Below, in pieces: positions 12,819 to 26,496 of a stretch of 64,000 nt of DNA. The stretch spans positions 50,654,001 through 50,718,000 of the forward strand of contig OZ260662.1 of assembly GCA_965285935.1 (NCBI GenBank), in the 5' to 3' direction. The notes beneath the pieces were generated by a model that was not told the origin of the DNA, made no database searches, and saw only the letters and a program-made list of their open reading frames with translations. This stretch comes from Ophelia neglecta (lineage: Eukaryota). Position numbers and translations under genes: made by a program. Each line of letters begins with the position of its first letter. Position 1 is the stretch's first letter.

Positions 12819-15800
12819 TATATTATTATTATTATATTATATAAATAAGATTTCCATATGCTCTCTCGTATATGTATGAAGTTAATAGCTCGATTAGACG
12901 TTTTGTGTTTGTACCTCCATAAATATAATTCGGTTTTATGAATGTATTGATTCACTTGAAACCTTCGTTAATTGAGCCAGTTGATTGGGAAGATATCTGG
13001 GTCACAAGCAGTTCTATGGAAAGACGTAGGGCAGCCATCTTTAATATTCCTTCAAGCAACTCACACGCCAATGTTAGGCTTTAGGTCTATATACATGTGA
13101 TTTTATACACTAGGTATTAAACTTCCCTCGGGGTAGCGCGGGGGGGGGGGAGGGAGGGGTTGGATGGGATGGCACTGCCATATTTATTATATGAACTGAA
13201 CCATTACATTAGTACATAAATATCGCCATCTTGTCAATTGTGCGATAAAGATCGTCATTTTACTTCTTAGTGCTATTTTAAGGCCTCCAATTTTTACCTG
13301 TGCTGTAAGGAGGGGCTGGAACCACTAAACTGGGTCGGGTTTCTCCAGAGAGGAGTAACCCTTTCGTGAAATTGCGAAATCACCATTGAGCCTTTATGTT
13401 TGTTTCCAGCTGAACTAAAAAAATGGGTCAAGACCCCCCCCCCTCCCCTCCGCCCGAGGGGGGCGGGATGTGCACAGGTAGGGTTCAGTTCACCTTGGAG
13501 TGATATTGCATGATATAGTGCTGTCCATTGATTATCATTTTTCAGGAGTTTTAACGGATGGTCATCGTTTTCTCGTACCTCTGTCATGGTCACTTTATCA
13601 CACGATCACTTGTCAATGTGTCACGAGAATAACCCGTCTCAAAACTAACCTTAGTCATAATTTTACCTAGGTAGCCTACTCCGTGGCGTGACAGGATATA
13701 AATAGGACGACTAAGCTCAGGCACGTGGCTATGATTAAACGGGTTAGAATGAGTCATCAGAGTGACAATACCAGATCTCCCCTACCTTCCAATGTTAAAG
13801 TCGTTTCCGTGTACTCGCCGATATGCCCGAGTTAGCCACTGTTTTCAGCGCTTATATGCCACAGATGCATTTCTGTGTAGAATGGGGCAAAACCCCTGAC
13901 GCTCAGGGTCCTTGACCTGTCAAGGACTACCTTAATGAATCGTTATCTAATATTTGATGTGTGATCCATTTAATGATGAACAATTTTAACATGTTTGCCG
14001 ACAGTTTAGTTGTATATCTAAGGGTTCAGGCATAGAGATATTATTGTCAGTGATATAAGTGTTATTTATATGTTGGGTAAGAGTTGACAGTGTTCGGATG
14101 ATCTTGCAAGGTTTCCCACAGTACATGGTTTGCCTAATCAGTGAAATCGCATATCAAACTGGCCCCAGAGTTCTCCAGTTTATTCCTTCGACTTTGTCTC
14201 TTGGCTGATGTTTTTCAGGCATCACGAAGTAATATTATACCTGGCCCGGACTTCATAAGAATTCCTTGACGTCACAGCTTAACGGAGTGTACACGTACAG
14301 TGTCAATTCGCTCGGTCGGTGAGCTGGCTTGTGCCTTCAACTAATGATATTCTGGCTCAAAATCATTTCGTGTTGTTTTGCACGTTTCTATTTTCGTACT
14401 AAACGTTTCCTTGATCTTCGTGTGCAAGGATTCGGGACTAGCACCATCCTCAAACTATTAAGTCGAGTGTTTTGTATATATACGGAAACGAAAGGCACGG
14501 ATTTATTTATTGTTTTTTTTTTCCGGGGGAAAGGGTGTGTGTGTGTGGCGGGGGGGGGGGAGGATGGGGGTGGGATTTAAAATACATTGATACAAAATAC
14601 CGCCATATGAAAATAGAATTCTTTATATACCGTTTACTGGCACGATACAACATTATAAATATTAGATATCAAAGAGACCACTTTTAAGCTTTTTTGACCT
14701 GTAGGAAGCTGATTAAAATTCCAAATGTCCAAAATCTGGAATGATACTAGTATATTTTGTTACCTTGGATGTATAGCCCCCTTTCGAAGCAGTCCTGATT
14801 AAAAGCCAACAAGTTTTCCTCCGGGAAGTCCCTTCCTCGGAATCCGCCCTTACTGAAAACCTTAAAGTCCTATATCCTGAATTTTCTCGTTATGGAGACT
14901 TATAAGCGCCTCTTCCGGTAAGGGTACTTATAAGACCCCCCTCGGGAGGCTTTAACATAATCTCTCGAAAACCCTTTCATTGATTATGTTTGTATGTTTA
15001 GTATAGGTTTTTAATGAAATCAATTTCAGATAATATGCTTGAATACATCTGAAATGTTAGCAGACTAATCTGGCTTCATAGCCAAATGGAATAAATCTTG
15101 AGTTTTTACAAAAGAGCTTCTTTGCTCTGTAGGAGCCCCGGTATTAGGCTTCGTAATATTTTTGTAGAGATGTTTCTAGTCTCAATATAAAAGCTAAAAT
15201 ATGCACAATTGTTCCTAGGAGCCTAGAATATACAGGAGAATGCTTGGCTTCAAAGGCAAAAAAGTATGTGAGAAAGTCTGTATCCATCGTGGGTCATAAT
15301 CTAATTAAAACGCTTAGAAATCGTGTTATTGTCGAGGTTATTAATTGTTTGTGCAAATCATCGGCCGTATAACCAGAAAAAGTATTCGTCTACATTTTCT
15401 AAACCAACTCTAGCTTGCGGCCCGAAACTTTTTTATCTCTTTATCGATTGAAAAATCCGTAATTTCCAGCGTTTCTCCCGCGGAATTCGCCTCCTGTTGT
15501 ATAGATCTACCTTAGCGAGTGCGCAATATCACATCCATAAATCTTGTAGTAAACACGAAGCTAAAGGGAAATTGACCAGCGTCAATCATAGAACTTAAAC
15601 TACAGGAAGGTCAAAGCAGCACGAGAGCAGTACAAACAGGTGATAAGTGCGCTGGCTAGGTGGCGCCACTTTGTTTTCTTGGCAAAGAAAGCCTCACTTC
15701 CGGCTGGCGCTAAGCTACTGCAAAATATGGTATACTTTGTCAATTCTGATGTCTCTACTTTCCAAGTTGAGGCCCAATCTTGGATCTTGTTCTTATTTCC

Positions 15801-17299
15801 CTTTCCAGTTTTTTGGGATTGGATCGTATTTTCAGATGCCAAGTGGATTGAAGACTTCAGAGGGTCCAAATCATAAAGCATTTTGGAAGAAATTTAAATG
15901 AAGGTTTCTGTTTGGCAGCTGCTCTCGTCGAAGCCATCGTGCAAATAAAGTTTCCAACAAATCATGATCTGTGCTTTTTTCTTCTAAATTGGGTTCTAAA
16001 TTGGGCATTTTTCAAATGTGGAAGTTAAACTTACATTGTTAGACTATATGCAGGAGGCAGGAATCGTCATTATTTAGAATCTGAACAGACAGGCTTAACT
16101 CGCGAATTTCCTTATTTTTTAATCCGTACTTGGCCTATATATGGTCATAAAAATTGAAATAAAAGACAAATGACGTTACCCGTTTGAACTTTAGATTTCA
16201 GGATTTAATAGTTGCTTTGGTATCATACAGACAATACAATTGTTTATTAACATAAAGATGATGGTCCCCGTTTTTATCTAGACACTGCCTCAGCTTTTAA
16301 TACATAAGAAATAGTCCGGAAATAAACGTATGCAGTTTTGCGATATATCAAGGTCGCCAATATGTACATCTATAAGCAGATCAAGTTTTATCAAGGTGTG
16401 TCGTTACTATAATGGCTCATAAAGATGAAATAAACCCTTAGCCAAAATATTTGCCCAGGTTTTACGAAATATAAAAGGCATATTGAAAACAAATGTCGAA
16501 TTTTGTGCAATTACGGTCAATATTGCTTCCTCATTAGCATATCTGGGAGTTTAAGGAATTGTGTGCCCTTGGGGTGTTATTTTCTTACGCCATTATGATG
16601 GAATAATTGTTCTATTAATAAAATACCTATGTATTTTAGAGCTATCATTTGAAAAGTGTGATGTAGGCAGTATTATGGTACATAAATGTCGCTCATTTGT
16701 ATAGAGAAAAGCAAATCTTATCCCTTATTGTCTGGATGATAGGTGCAGCAATTTTAGATGTTAGAATAAACACTCAGATGAAATAAATGTAAATGAATTA
16801 AAATTAAACGTTTTGAAAATAAGTTCAATTTGTGTACAATTACGGTAAAAAACGGTCGCTACTTTACATATGAAGGTTTAGATGGGGTGCCATACCTGCT
16901 GTTTGTGACCAAATTGGTCAAAGACAATAAAGTGGACCATATATGCAAAGGTTCCCCTGCTTTTGAAAGCTACAATGAGGAAACTTGGATAAGCGCCATA
17001 TGTATGAGCAATTACTGTAAAATGGCCTTTAATTAGCATATTATGCAGCGGATAAAGTTGCATCCAGGCCGGATCTGACCGGTAGGGGCCATAAGTGACA
17101 ACTGGTGTAGATGACAGCCTCTAAGATCACAATAGCCTGAAAGTAACTTTTCGAGGTTTGTTTCTAGTCTGTCAGGTTAGCTCGGCTCCTGCTTGCCTCG
17201 TGGTGTCTTGGAATGTTATTTTTGAAGCGCCGGGCGGCCATTGATCACTTTTCGTCATCTTTGACTGCGCAGATCGCTGACAATCGTCCTGCTTTTTTT

Positions 17300-17700
17300 T
17301 ATCTGTATTTGCTATATGAGAGTAATTTGATGACGTAGCCGTTATTTTTCTTCTCTTGTGAAGTAGATAGGATTATGTGTGTGTGTGTATGTGTTTGGCG
17401 GCTGTGCTCAGAGAATACAACGGGCCGTACGCTTGACGGTGTACGGAAGACGGTCGAAGGTTGGGCGATTTTATATTGATTATCTGCATGTAAAACGTCA
17501 CACTCACCGCTCTGCTAAGACTGTCGGTCTACGACTAAAATGGCGACCAATAGACTGTAAGACTTGGCACTATACGGTTATATCGTACGTCTGGCTCGTG
17601 CTAAGCCTATATCGTCGCAGACTAACTTCGCCTCATTTATATGATCAGTGAGGCAGTCTTTTACGGAATTCGTCTTTTCCTGTATTTGCCTCTGGTAAGA
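17300..17700 (+). promoter_or_regulatory. Probable BCOR promoter and non-coding first exon
   Basis: CpG-rich stretch with TGACGT at ~17331, a YY1-type AAAATGGCG at 17537-17545 and a donor TG|GTAAGA at 17695. It lies 7 kb upstream of the first coding exons. Confidence 0.45.
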
Positions 17701-18052
17701 ACATTGGTTCTCATCTTCCTCGCTATCAGTTACTATATATAGAAACCTACCGAAAGAAAATAATGGTATTTGGGTCCTATTGCAAAATGGAATGCGACGA
17801 GTAGTATCAAAAAAGCAGACAACATTGATTGATTTCTGCTGATGTCCTTCCTAAGCCTTCATTTTATGTGCATGGCCTAATCTTTTCAGTGCGGGACTAA
17901 ATATTGGTAGGCCTAAACTATAGGCCTGGGGGACAGGCTGTGATTCCCGACTATCAAGTCTATTCAAGAGAATATTCTGGTGAGAGCAGGCCATTGAAGT
18001 ATATATTACTCCGAGAATAACCTTATCTCTGCACTAGTCTCCATTTGAATTC

Positions 18053-18224
18053 ACCAGGGGTGGAGTTCTGGAAGGTTGGAACTTAAGTTTTTGACTGAAG
18101 TCAGTGAATAACAATAATTTTGCACACGTTCTTGTCTAAGACTCAACTCTAAGACAGGAACGTGTGCAAAACCCTTTGTTATTTACGGACTTTAGTCTCC
18201 AAACTTCTAGAACTCCACCCTGGT
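18053..18224. mobile_element. Fold-back MITE (Harbinger-like termini)
   Basis: ~26-bp TIR ACCAGGG(G)TGGAGTTCT(G/A)GAAG and a 20-bp inner inverted repeat TTTTGCACACGTTCTTGTCT / AGACAGGAACGTGTGCAAAA. Confidence 0.85.
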
Positions 18225-18674
18225 ACTCGTGAAGTCGGCAATTTGAATCGCTCCGTGGACATCAACTTAGAAATAAGGACGATTTCTCTTTTATAGACTT
18301 TCCTTTACACCTGCACGTGGTCCGGAGGCTTGGTATCTTTTTGGATTAACTACATAAATTGTGTTTACTTAATCAAAACAGCTTCCAAACAGAAAGGTTG
18401 TTTTATAATCATAAATAAGTCTATACAAGAATTATCCCCCTCCCCGGTCCGTGCCCGCTTTCCAAATTCAGGTTTAGTTGATTTACCCCACCCCTCAGAT
18501 GCCCCACCCGCCATCGGAGCCAAAACCAACCTTCATATACGCATACAAACAAATAGTGCATCCCTCGATCATAAATATTGCAGTACATAGGGTATATTGT
18601 CATTTCCTGCACCTGTCCATGCATACATCTGGAGCAGTTATAGTGGGTTGTTAGATAATACTGTCGATCAGACT

Positions 18675-18797
18675 GTCTCGGGCAGAGTATCAGTATTTTA
18701 CTCGATATGGTAGCTGAATTTCTCCTTAGCTAGTAACTCAACCTGTTCCCCCAATGTCCTAGTAAACGATATTCAGCTATACCCTTGCCCGACAGTG
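18675..18797. mobile_element. Degenerate palindromic MITE
   Basis: Imperfect IR CTGTC(TC)GGGCA..GTAT / ATACCCTTGCCCGACAG, plus a perfect TAGCTGAAT / ATTCAGCTA pair. Confidence 0.45.
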
Positions 18798-20902
18798 TGT
18801 CGGATGTCCACCTTATGCATGGTGCGTGAGTATACCATGCATATATACCATGTTTAATGCCAATCATGACAATTCAGTCCATATGATTGGTACAAAAATA
18901 TATCTCTCATAGCCAACAGTTACTGTCATTAGCGTGGGGCAAATGTGAAAGCTATGCCTTTAGCGGAAAGGGAGAAAATCGAATCGCCATTTTACCACTG
19001 TTAAGCATATCAGGCCTCCCAGTCTATCAGATTACAAAATAAGGGTCTAGTGTGATTCCGACATCCGACCGGCCGTATCAATAGGGGATATCTTCTGTGG
19101 AAAACTAGCCCATTAGGTAAAGGTAAATTTGATGGTAAAAACGTAAAGATGAGTCAGCTCTAACCCGCTGTGTCATATAAATCACTATTTGTGACTGCGG
19201 TATCAAAATAATAACGTTATTTCTTTCTCTACACTGAGGCATTTATCACTATTCATTTTGGGCTCGGAGTTCAGATATATATAATTATGGTTCAGGCCAA
19301 TGAGGCTGGTCACGGGACCGCTATTTGTCAGGAATCGAGGCATAAAACACTTCAGTATGGGTACTTTATATATAATACCGGCCTGACGTGGTCTGTATTT
19401 TCATTTGTTTCACCATTTGTTTCACCATGACGTATCAAATCCAAAATCGGTCTTTCAACAACAAATATACTATTCATTTAGAGGCGATTTGTAAAATCGA
19501 AAAGTGTCTTACTTAGGCAAGTATATTCTTGTAGCTATGTGCTCGCCTTTTGGACTTTATATACGTCAGCACAGCTAGCTAGATGCAACAACCATTGTTA
19601 ACGATAAATCACACAAAATAGATATATGTATATAAAAACAATGCAGTGCGCTGAAGGCTGGTTTTCCGTTTCCATTATTATATCTTTATGAGCGTCTAGA
19701 CTAAAGAATATTAACCATACAAAAGCCCTCGAATATTTATTTGAACACAAAGGTGATAAGTGTCGAATGACTGCTTGATTCACATATTTTACAACCTACC
19801 TGGGCTTAAATTTACACAATTTCAAATTGGATTAATTTTTGTCGTTTGTAATGTTTGGGCTGGACGTTTATATTTGTCGCCCTTCGCCATTGATATTGTG
19901 CCAGGTCAGGTTGGCCATGACTGTTGGTAGGTTACACGCCCATGTGTGTGACCTACATGGGGGCTGACTACGCAACAGGAATGAATCAGAAACGAACGGT
20001 GCGCCGTCCTATCAACGTATGTGGTTTATAATACAAGACAGTCACTAACATACTGGCCTATACTCCTGACGGTGGTTAATCTTGTAGGCGATTGTCTAAG
20101 ATCAGACGACACTCAAGTATCACGTGTAAAAGTAGGCCCCCACGTACCAGTCAGGCCAAGTCGACTGGATTTGTTATGGTAGGTCCATATCTAAACTATA
20201 TAAGAACATTGTTCTGAAATGAAGAGAGCTTATTGTTTTATTTCAGTATAATATTAATAGTTTGCATAAGGCCTACTCTGTATAAATACGCTAAATGTGT
20301 ACATATAGTCCAGTTTGCCCTTGCGACCTTTTTTAGTGTACGGACCTGGTCCGGGTATGGGCTATATTTAGACCGTCAGAGTTACACAGTCGTTTGAGTG
20401 GGACCGTGAAGGTAGTTTCAATTTTATTAGTAAACTATTTTCCTTATTAGGCCTATTAAATAAACAGTGGCATTGTGTCAGTGATTCAGCATCTTCTCCA
20501 GTGTCGTGACTCTAATACTTTTTTTATTGAGTATTACGAAAACGCATTGAAAGATTACGGTACGTTATATGCAATTCCGACAGCCTTACTGACAAATTGT
20601 TGGTTTAGTATTTTGTTTACCAAATATGGTGTTTTTTTTCGTTACGTTAAGTGTGAGTGGAGTTGTTTTATTTTGTCTAGTTCTAATGCAGGTAAAGTGA
20701 TCGCTTGCCTGGTGATCGCTTTGCTTAATACTCTTCTTCGAATGCTGTGTGATTGGTGAACATTGCAGTACAATCAGTGATTTAAGTATACGCCAAATCA
20801 TCTAATCGGCTAGTCTCTTCAATGTTCGTATATTAAGTGTTGTAAACGCTTGTGGTGTTGAATATGATTCCGATAGATATTAACTTATATTCTTTAATTC
20901 AG

Positions 20903-20951
20903 AAACGCGTGTGCCACAAGTGCGAATCGCCCTCGAAGAAAAACGCTCTAG
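20903..20951 (+). other. Candidate BCOR 5'UTR exon
   Basis: TCTTTAATTCAG acceptor and AG|GTAT donor bracket a 49-nt GC-richer segment. Confidence 0.3.
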
Positions 20952-23900
20952 GTATCTTTTGGAATGCATTGTTGTAAGAATTCTTTATGACGTATCGGCG
21001 TTATCTACTAAGTCACTCTTTTCGATAGATTATTTCAAGGTCTTTGCCTTTCCCCAAGTGTTCACTACAGTGTACGACACTGACCCCACGGCAGGAACGT
21101 AATATCATATAGCCGCCAAGTTGAGTTTTGTAACGATATTGTGTGGTGTAAGCATATATACATGTGGGCATGCATACTAAGGTGTTGCCGTCGACAACTG
21201 GAGCGAAACTTTGTATTTCGGGTCTACAGTACAGTATTTATTATTATATTGTTTTTGTCTTGGACGATGGGATAGTGGATGACAAAAATGGATGAGAAAG
21301 GACACATTGTTACCGAGCAGGTTGGCGATTTTCTCTATCAATAAAGAATGACGTAGAATTTAATGACGACCCTGTGTCTGCCCAATTAGGTGTTTACTAA
21401 ATATAGTTATCTGTATATGACGTCACCTACGGTTTGGCCCCAGTCGGTATGCTGTTCCTCATATTCATTGCCGCTTATGGTATGCTTGTTTTGGCTTGCG
21501 CGTGAGTATGTTAGACCTTACAATCAGCTTTTCCCCTAATCGATAATAAGAACTGGGTGACTGGTATATACCACTTATTTATATCGCGAGCTCTGTTTCT
21601 GTTTACAAACAATACAGATTTGACTATCATGCATATCTTAGTCACCAAGTGCCAACTGTTTTTTGAACCGCCTCTTTTTTGAACTGCCTCTTATACAAGG
21701 TTGAAGTATGTGTTTCACATAACTAGTATAAATACAAGGTAGGCATATTATCATAGTATTAAGATGTTGTTATGTTATATGACGTATAATAATAAATACG
21801 ACGTATACAGACGAGAGGAATTGAGATATTCTAAAGGGCCTGATTTGCAAAACCCGATCTTTTTTTCGTTACGGATTGTCTTGATCTCACAGATTGTATA
21901 CCATGAATACTGGGCAAAAAATGTACATACGTACATACCGAGGGTATTGATTTAATAGTGAACATCTAGTGTTGTATAGGCATCGACACCAGACTTGTTA
22001 ATTGATCCTTGTAATTACGTATTAATGGTGTTATATACGAAATAGTTCGTCAGAGATATATTTTAGCATAATAATGTGATCTTCTGACTTAATCACAGCG
22101 GTGCTTGCATGTGCACAATTATAAAAATCAATATAGGAACACAAAATATGATGAAGGTTTATTTGACTTTATAACCGAGGTGGTCCTTATAACAGAATAT
22201 TACAATCTATTTAAGATCGGTTCCATATATGAAATATTGTAGACAAGGGCTCCTTTGATATTCATCTTTATGGTGTGTTTACTAAAGCACAAAGCGAATC
22301 GTTCATTTCCTGCAAGGTGAGTACGAGTACATAGATATGAACAGCGATCTAATTAAAGTGATGTTGTCAGCTTTGTATGCGCATCCTGTATACGTATGTA
22401 GAATTGTTGGAGTAATAGGCTGTCTAAGCTATAGCCGTGTGGTGACAACGCCCACAACTAACTACGACTTTTATAAGCCAATACGCGGTTATGCGCGTCA
22501 CGATGTGTCATGAAATCCGTCGTAATATTCCATCGACCAGCGTTGTACAGTAATAGTGTCCAGCGGTCAAGAAAGCTGTTTTCATCAGGGGGATATTATT
22601 TGTGACGTAAACTGGTATAGGACACTGCAGTGTTTGAGATCGATTAGCCAATGTCAAGGATGAAGGAAATTCAAATATAGATCCGTAGGTAGCCATGACT
22701 GTGTTTAGGACTTGTTTGATATGGTCTAAGATTTGATATTTTAACAGAGTTAGATGGAAGTCTAGAAGTTCTATTCCTTGTCTAGATTAAGATTATAAGC
22801 GGCGTTTGATTGGACTGTTTTAAAAGGACGCTATGCCTATAGTAACGGAAAGTGAATTTTCCAAATATAGGCTGATTGTTTCCCTAATAAAAAACCTGCG
22901 TTTTCGTTTACACGTTAGCTGTGATTCGTGGACGTTACTGTTCACATCACCAATGGTTTGACGTCAGCATTGTATACTTTTGTATCGGTGTGTTGGCTTG
23001 TGTTTATCGGCATTGTTATTTAATATTATCAGCAGATGTCGTTGAAAGTACACGCACGCATACACGTCGTGATATTGGCTCTAGCGATGTTAGCTACACG
23101 GCAACTGCTTGTATATAAAATGGACAAGTAACGTTACATATTAAGTTGTATTGCTGTATAGGTGCATGGGCAGACGACCAGTGCGCGTTTCGAGCGTACT
23201 GGCTATGGCCGACATCTGACTATACCAAGCATGGGAGAACCGTCTGTAGTTGTCACTGTAACACGCCCCTAGCTGTATGACGGAAGCCATTACAAACTCG
23301 GTGTGCATGTGACCTTCGGACTGTAAAGTGTGCAGACGATATAGATCTCGTTTGCACCGGGCAGGAAATTTTCTGATTGGCCATCATTCCATTGAATTAC
23401 ATCGTATAATTGCCCGTTGCTGGCCGATTCAAAGAGTATCAGAACCAAACCCAGAGGGACTGTTATTTCTAACCATACGTTTATATATACATTCAATATA
23501 TATATAACGGACTTATCAGTCGGACCCTTAACAAGAGCAGGTAGTGTTATCGCATTATTGTTGACTTTAGATTTTCACTTCTCGGTTTATATAGTATCCA
23601 TGGATAGTCCTATCTGAGTTTTCCAGTCGATACATTTTCTTATTTCACCAAGCAGTTCGTGAGAACATTCTTGAACAATGGGGCTCATTCTCACAACACT
23701 ATAATCTAATCTTATAGGCGTAAAGGTGGATGTACAAGCCTGCAAATGTCGTCTGTCTATACAGCGTAAAGGGCTTTTGGTATTAAATACAAGTATTGTA
23801 AAATTGAAGCGTATTTAGCTGGGCCAACGAGTAAAGGGATACACTGTTTTATCGTTTATAAACGCCATGTTTAAGAATAGCCATCGATTTTGTTTAAGGC

Positions 23901-24664
23901 ATACGGGCTTCTCAATCTGATCGGCACGTATAGCAATATGGCGCTATATCATCTATATGCCACCACAACAGTGAGGCTCGAAAACGCACAGTGTATTTAG
24001 ATTGGAGGCCCAATATTCTATTTTAAGTTAGCGCTTCGTAGCACAGCACTGTGTTGACTCATCAAGCAAGGTCACCGTATGTCCTTGAGATTAGCAGCTA
24101 GCCAATCGGTCGGATTGGTTCCCAGATCGAAGAATCAGCCGGGAACGGTCCGTCGTCTCATCTCATGCATGTAAACAGTTTTATGTTCCAGTAGTTAGGC
24201 AACAACATTATAATTGAACATAAACTATGGACAATTAGTGTGTCAGCCACCGTTGGGATCTAGTGGCTTAATTACTTAAGATCACCCTCATTAACGTTCG
24301 GTAAAAATGCGTATTAATTGTTATATCGATCGTTTCTTAGGTCTATTTATGTTTAATTAAACATATTCTATATAATAACCGTCGTCCGCGTTCAGACATT
24401 AAGCTCCTGGTATAATATTCAACTACCCCTGTTTTATTTAATTATGCTTAATTATGGTAATTGGGTTCTTGGTATTTCCACAATATTGGTCTAGTTTCCG
24501 TGCATGGTGGAGAACACTAGAACAACTGAACATGCTGTCGACGAGTTTCTGCTAAACAAGGCCTAGACATTAATGTCCCGTCTCGTGCATGGCCCGAGTC
24601 ATGAGACCTGTAGGTCTCCAAACCTAGTTCACAGGTGGCGTCTACTAGGCCAGCTGTTACCAGC

Positions 24665-24706
24665 ATGACCACTCATTGGATGGCCCGGGAAAATAGCTCG
24701 GTTAAA
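24665..24706 (+). CDS. BCOR: BCOR candidate first coding exon (MTTHWMARENSSVK); start uncertain
   Basis: First in-frame ATG after a stop at 24611. Phase-0 donors at 24701 or 24707 fit the acceptor at 24818. HWM loosely recalls the vertebrate BCOR N-terminal VHSWM. Confidence 0.4.
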
Positions 24707-24817
24707 GTAAATAGCAAGTTTGCGACTTCTCAGTGTTATAAAAACTTGCTATATATATACTATTATGTACTTCTCTTCCGGATAATACATGTATGTTTCG
24801 TCTCTTTCAGCCGACAG

Positions 24818-25822
24818 GTGATACCCTCATTGAAACTGACCGCGATTCGCAATAAGCTGAAGTTATCGAATGGAGCCAGCGTGAACAAGTCGCCACGGGC
24901 GGAAAAGAAACCTAAATCTTATCAACGACAGCGAAAGAACAGTGTAACCCCTAGTCCGACCAAAAAGTCACCAAAGGTCAAAACACTGAACAGAAAATTA
25001 ACAAGTCCTAACAATTTGGTAGGTAGTGCTGACTTACAGTTGAATCTCGGCGACTGTCTTACTAGGAAAAGCAATACAGTCGCAGAAGCGAAAGAACTAA
25101 CACCGGTAGATGAATCGACGAAGCCAACGTTGATTTCACTGCCTTTGGCGACACCTGGTGCCGAAAGTGAACAGTTGGAAAATGTTACCAGTGATAGCCG
25201 AGTGATTGATCATGACCCTTCTAACCAGACTTTAAATGTTGCCCTGAAAGTGTCTAAACGAGAGAAAAGGCGCCCTGTAAAATACAGTCCCGAACTATCA
25301 AGACCGACTTCAGGCAGGGGGAAAAATAAAACTCCCGATTCAGCCAAGGAAATAACTAATTCAAAAACAAGGCGGAGAGTGGACTTCAGTGATAGCCCAA
25401 CGAACGATGAACGAAAGAAAGACAAGGAAATAATAGACATCAGTAAAAATAGGCCGGTGGAGTCGGTACAAGACATTGAACCGCAAAAAAGTGATTGTGC
25501 GAATTCAGAAAACAGTGATCATAAAGAGGAAGCGAACGGGAGGGATTTCCAAGAAAAAGTTAAGCAAGTGAAAAACAATGTTAAGCCGTGTAATGAGGTT
25601 AGTAGCCAATCAGGTAGTTCCAGGTCTCGAGAAAGCTCAGGAGATACTGAGCTGACAAGAAATGGAAGTCCCGTGTTTCCTGAACGCACGAAAGGTACTT
25701 GTGTTTTGAAGAACTCTCATTCAGACATTGATTCGGACGTGTGCACGCCGCCCGGGTCTATGGTTGTCCCCTGTGATGATACCAATGTCAACGAGCACCG
25801 TCTGGCCGCTCGTATAGAAAAG
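24818..25822 (+). CDS. BCOR: BCOR coding exon (basic/acidic low-complexity N-terminal region); 5' edge 24811 or 24818
   Basis: Long open frame, tandem acceptors TTTCAG|CCGACAG|, and a phase-0 donor AAG|GTAGGC in frame with the next exon. Confidence 0.8.
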
Positions 25823-26282
25823 GTAGGCATTGTAGTGTCAATTTTAATCGTCATGCGAAAAAAGTTTGAATATTTGGAGAATAATACCCTTCTATTCGTG
25901 TTTCCGATATTATAAAACATTTGTCACATAGTTGAATTAATTGAATATGTTTAGTGCAAGGAATCAGGTCTAATCATACACTTCACGAGCTGTATTTCTT
26001 TTCCAAGGTTTGGCCATTAATAGCTTCTTCAATTGGCCATTTTATCAAATCTCAGAAATTGCCAGAATTATAGATAAAGCTGGTTTAAAGCGTATATTGG
26101 AAATTGGCTACAAAATCATGCAAAACAATTGGTTACTTTGTAGGAACAACCTTTGTCGTTTATTTCCTTGTTCTTAAAGTTTATGTATAAAAAATAGTGT
26201 CGAGTTGAACACCATTTATAGGCAATGCTTTAATATATTTTAGCAAATGCTATTATTGGTCCAATTTACTCGTTTGTTATAG

Positions 26283-26366
26283 GATACTCCAGACCCAGAA
26301 CAGGGGGGCAAAATTAGCTCTTCGGAACAGATAACTGTAGATCACACGACACCGCCACCTCCAGAG
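26283..26366 (+). CDS. BCOR: BCOR coding exon, 84 nt (DTPDPEQ...TPPPPE)
   Basis: TTATAG acceptor, GAG|GT donor, phase 0-0, open frame. Confidence 0.75.
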
Positions 26367-26496
26367 GTATAACTACCCTGCCAATAACAAGTAACAGAGA
26401 GAAGCGCTCGCCAGTCTCACATATTATATCGAATCATGTTTCATATTAAATGTGCATAACAATTTATTACCAATATGTTTTTGTTTCTGGTTGTAG

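Noticed and set aside
15600-15901. Three overlapping 78-93 aa ORFs
   Set aside because: No recognisable domain or convincing splice sites. Possibly decayed transposon sequence.
24707-24810. Hydrophobic segment (LLYIYYYVLLFRIIHVCFVSF) in the 426-aa ORF, suggesting a membrane anchor
   Set aside because: It is read-through of an AT-rich intron bounded by GT and a pyrimidine tract/AG.
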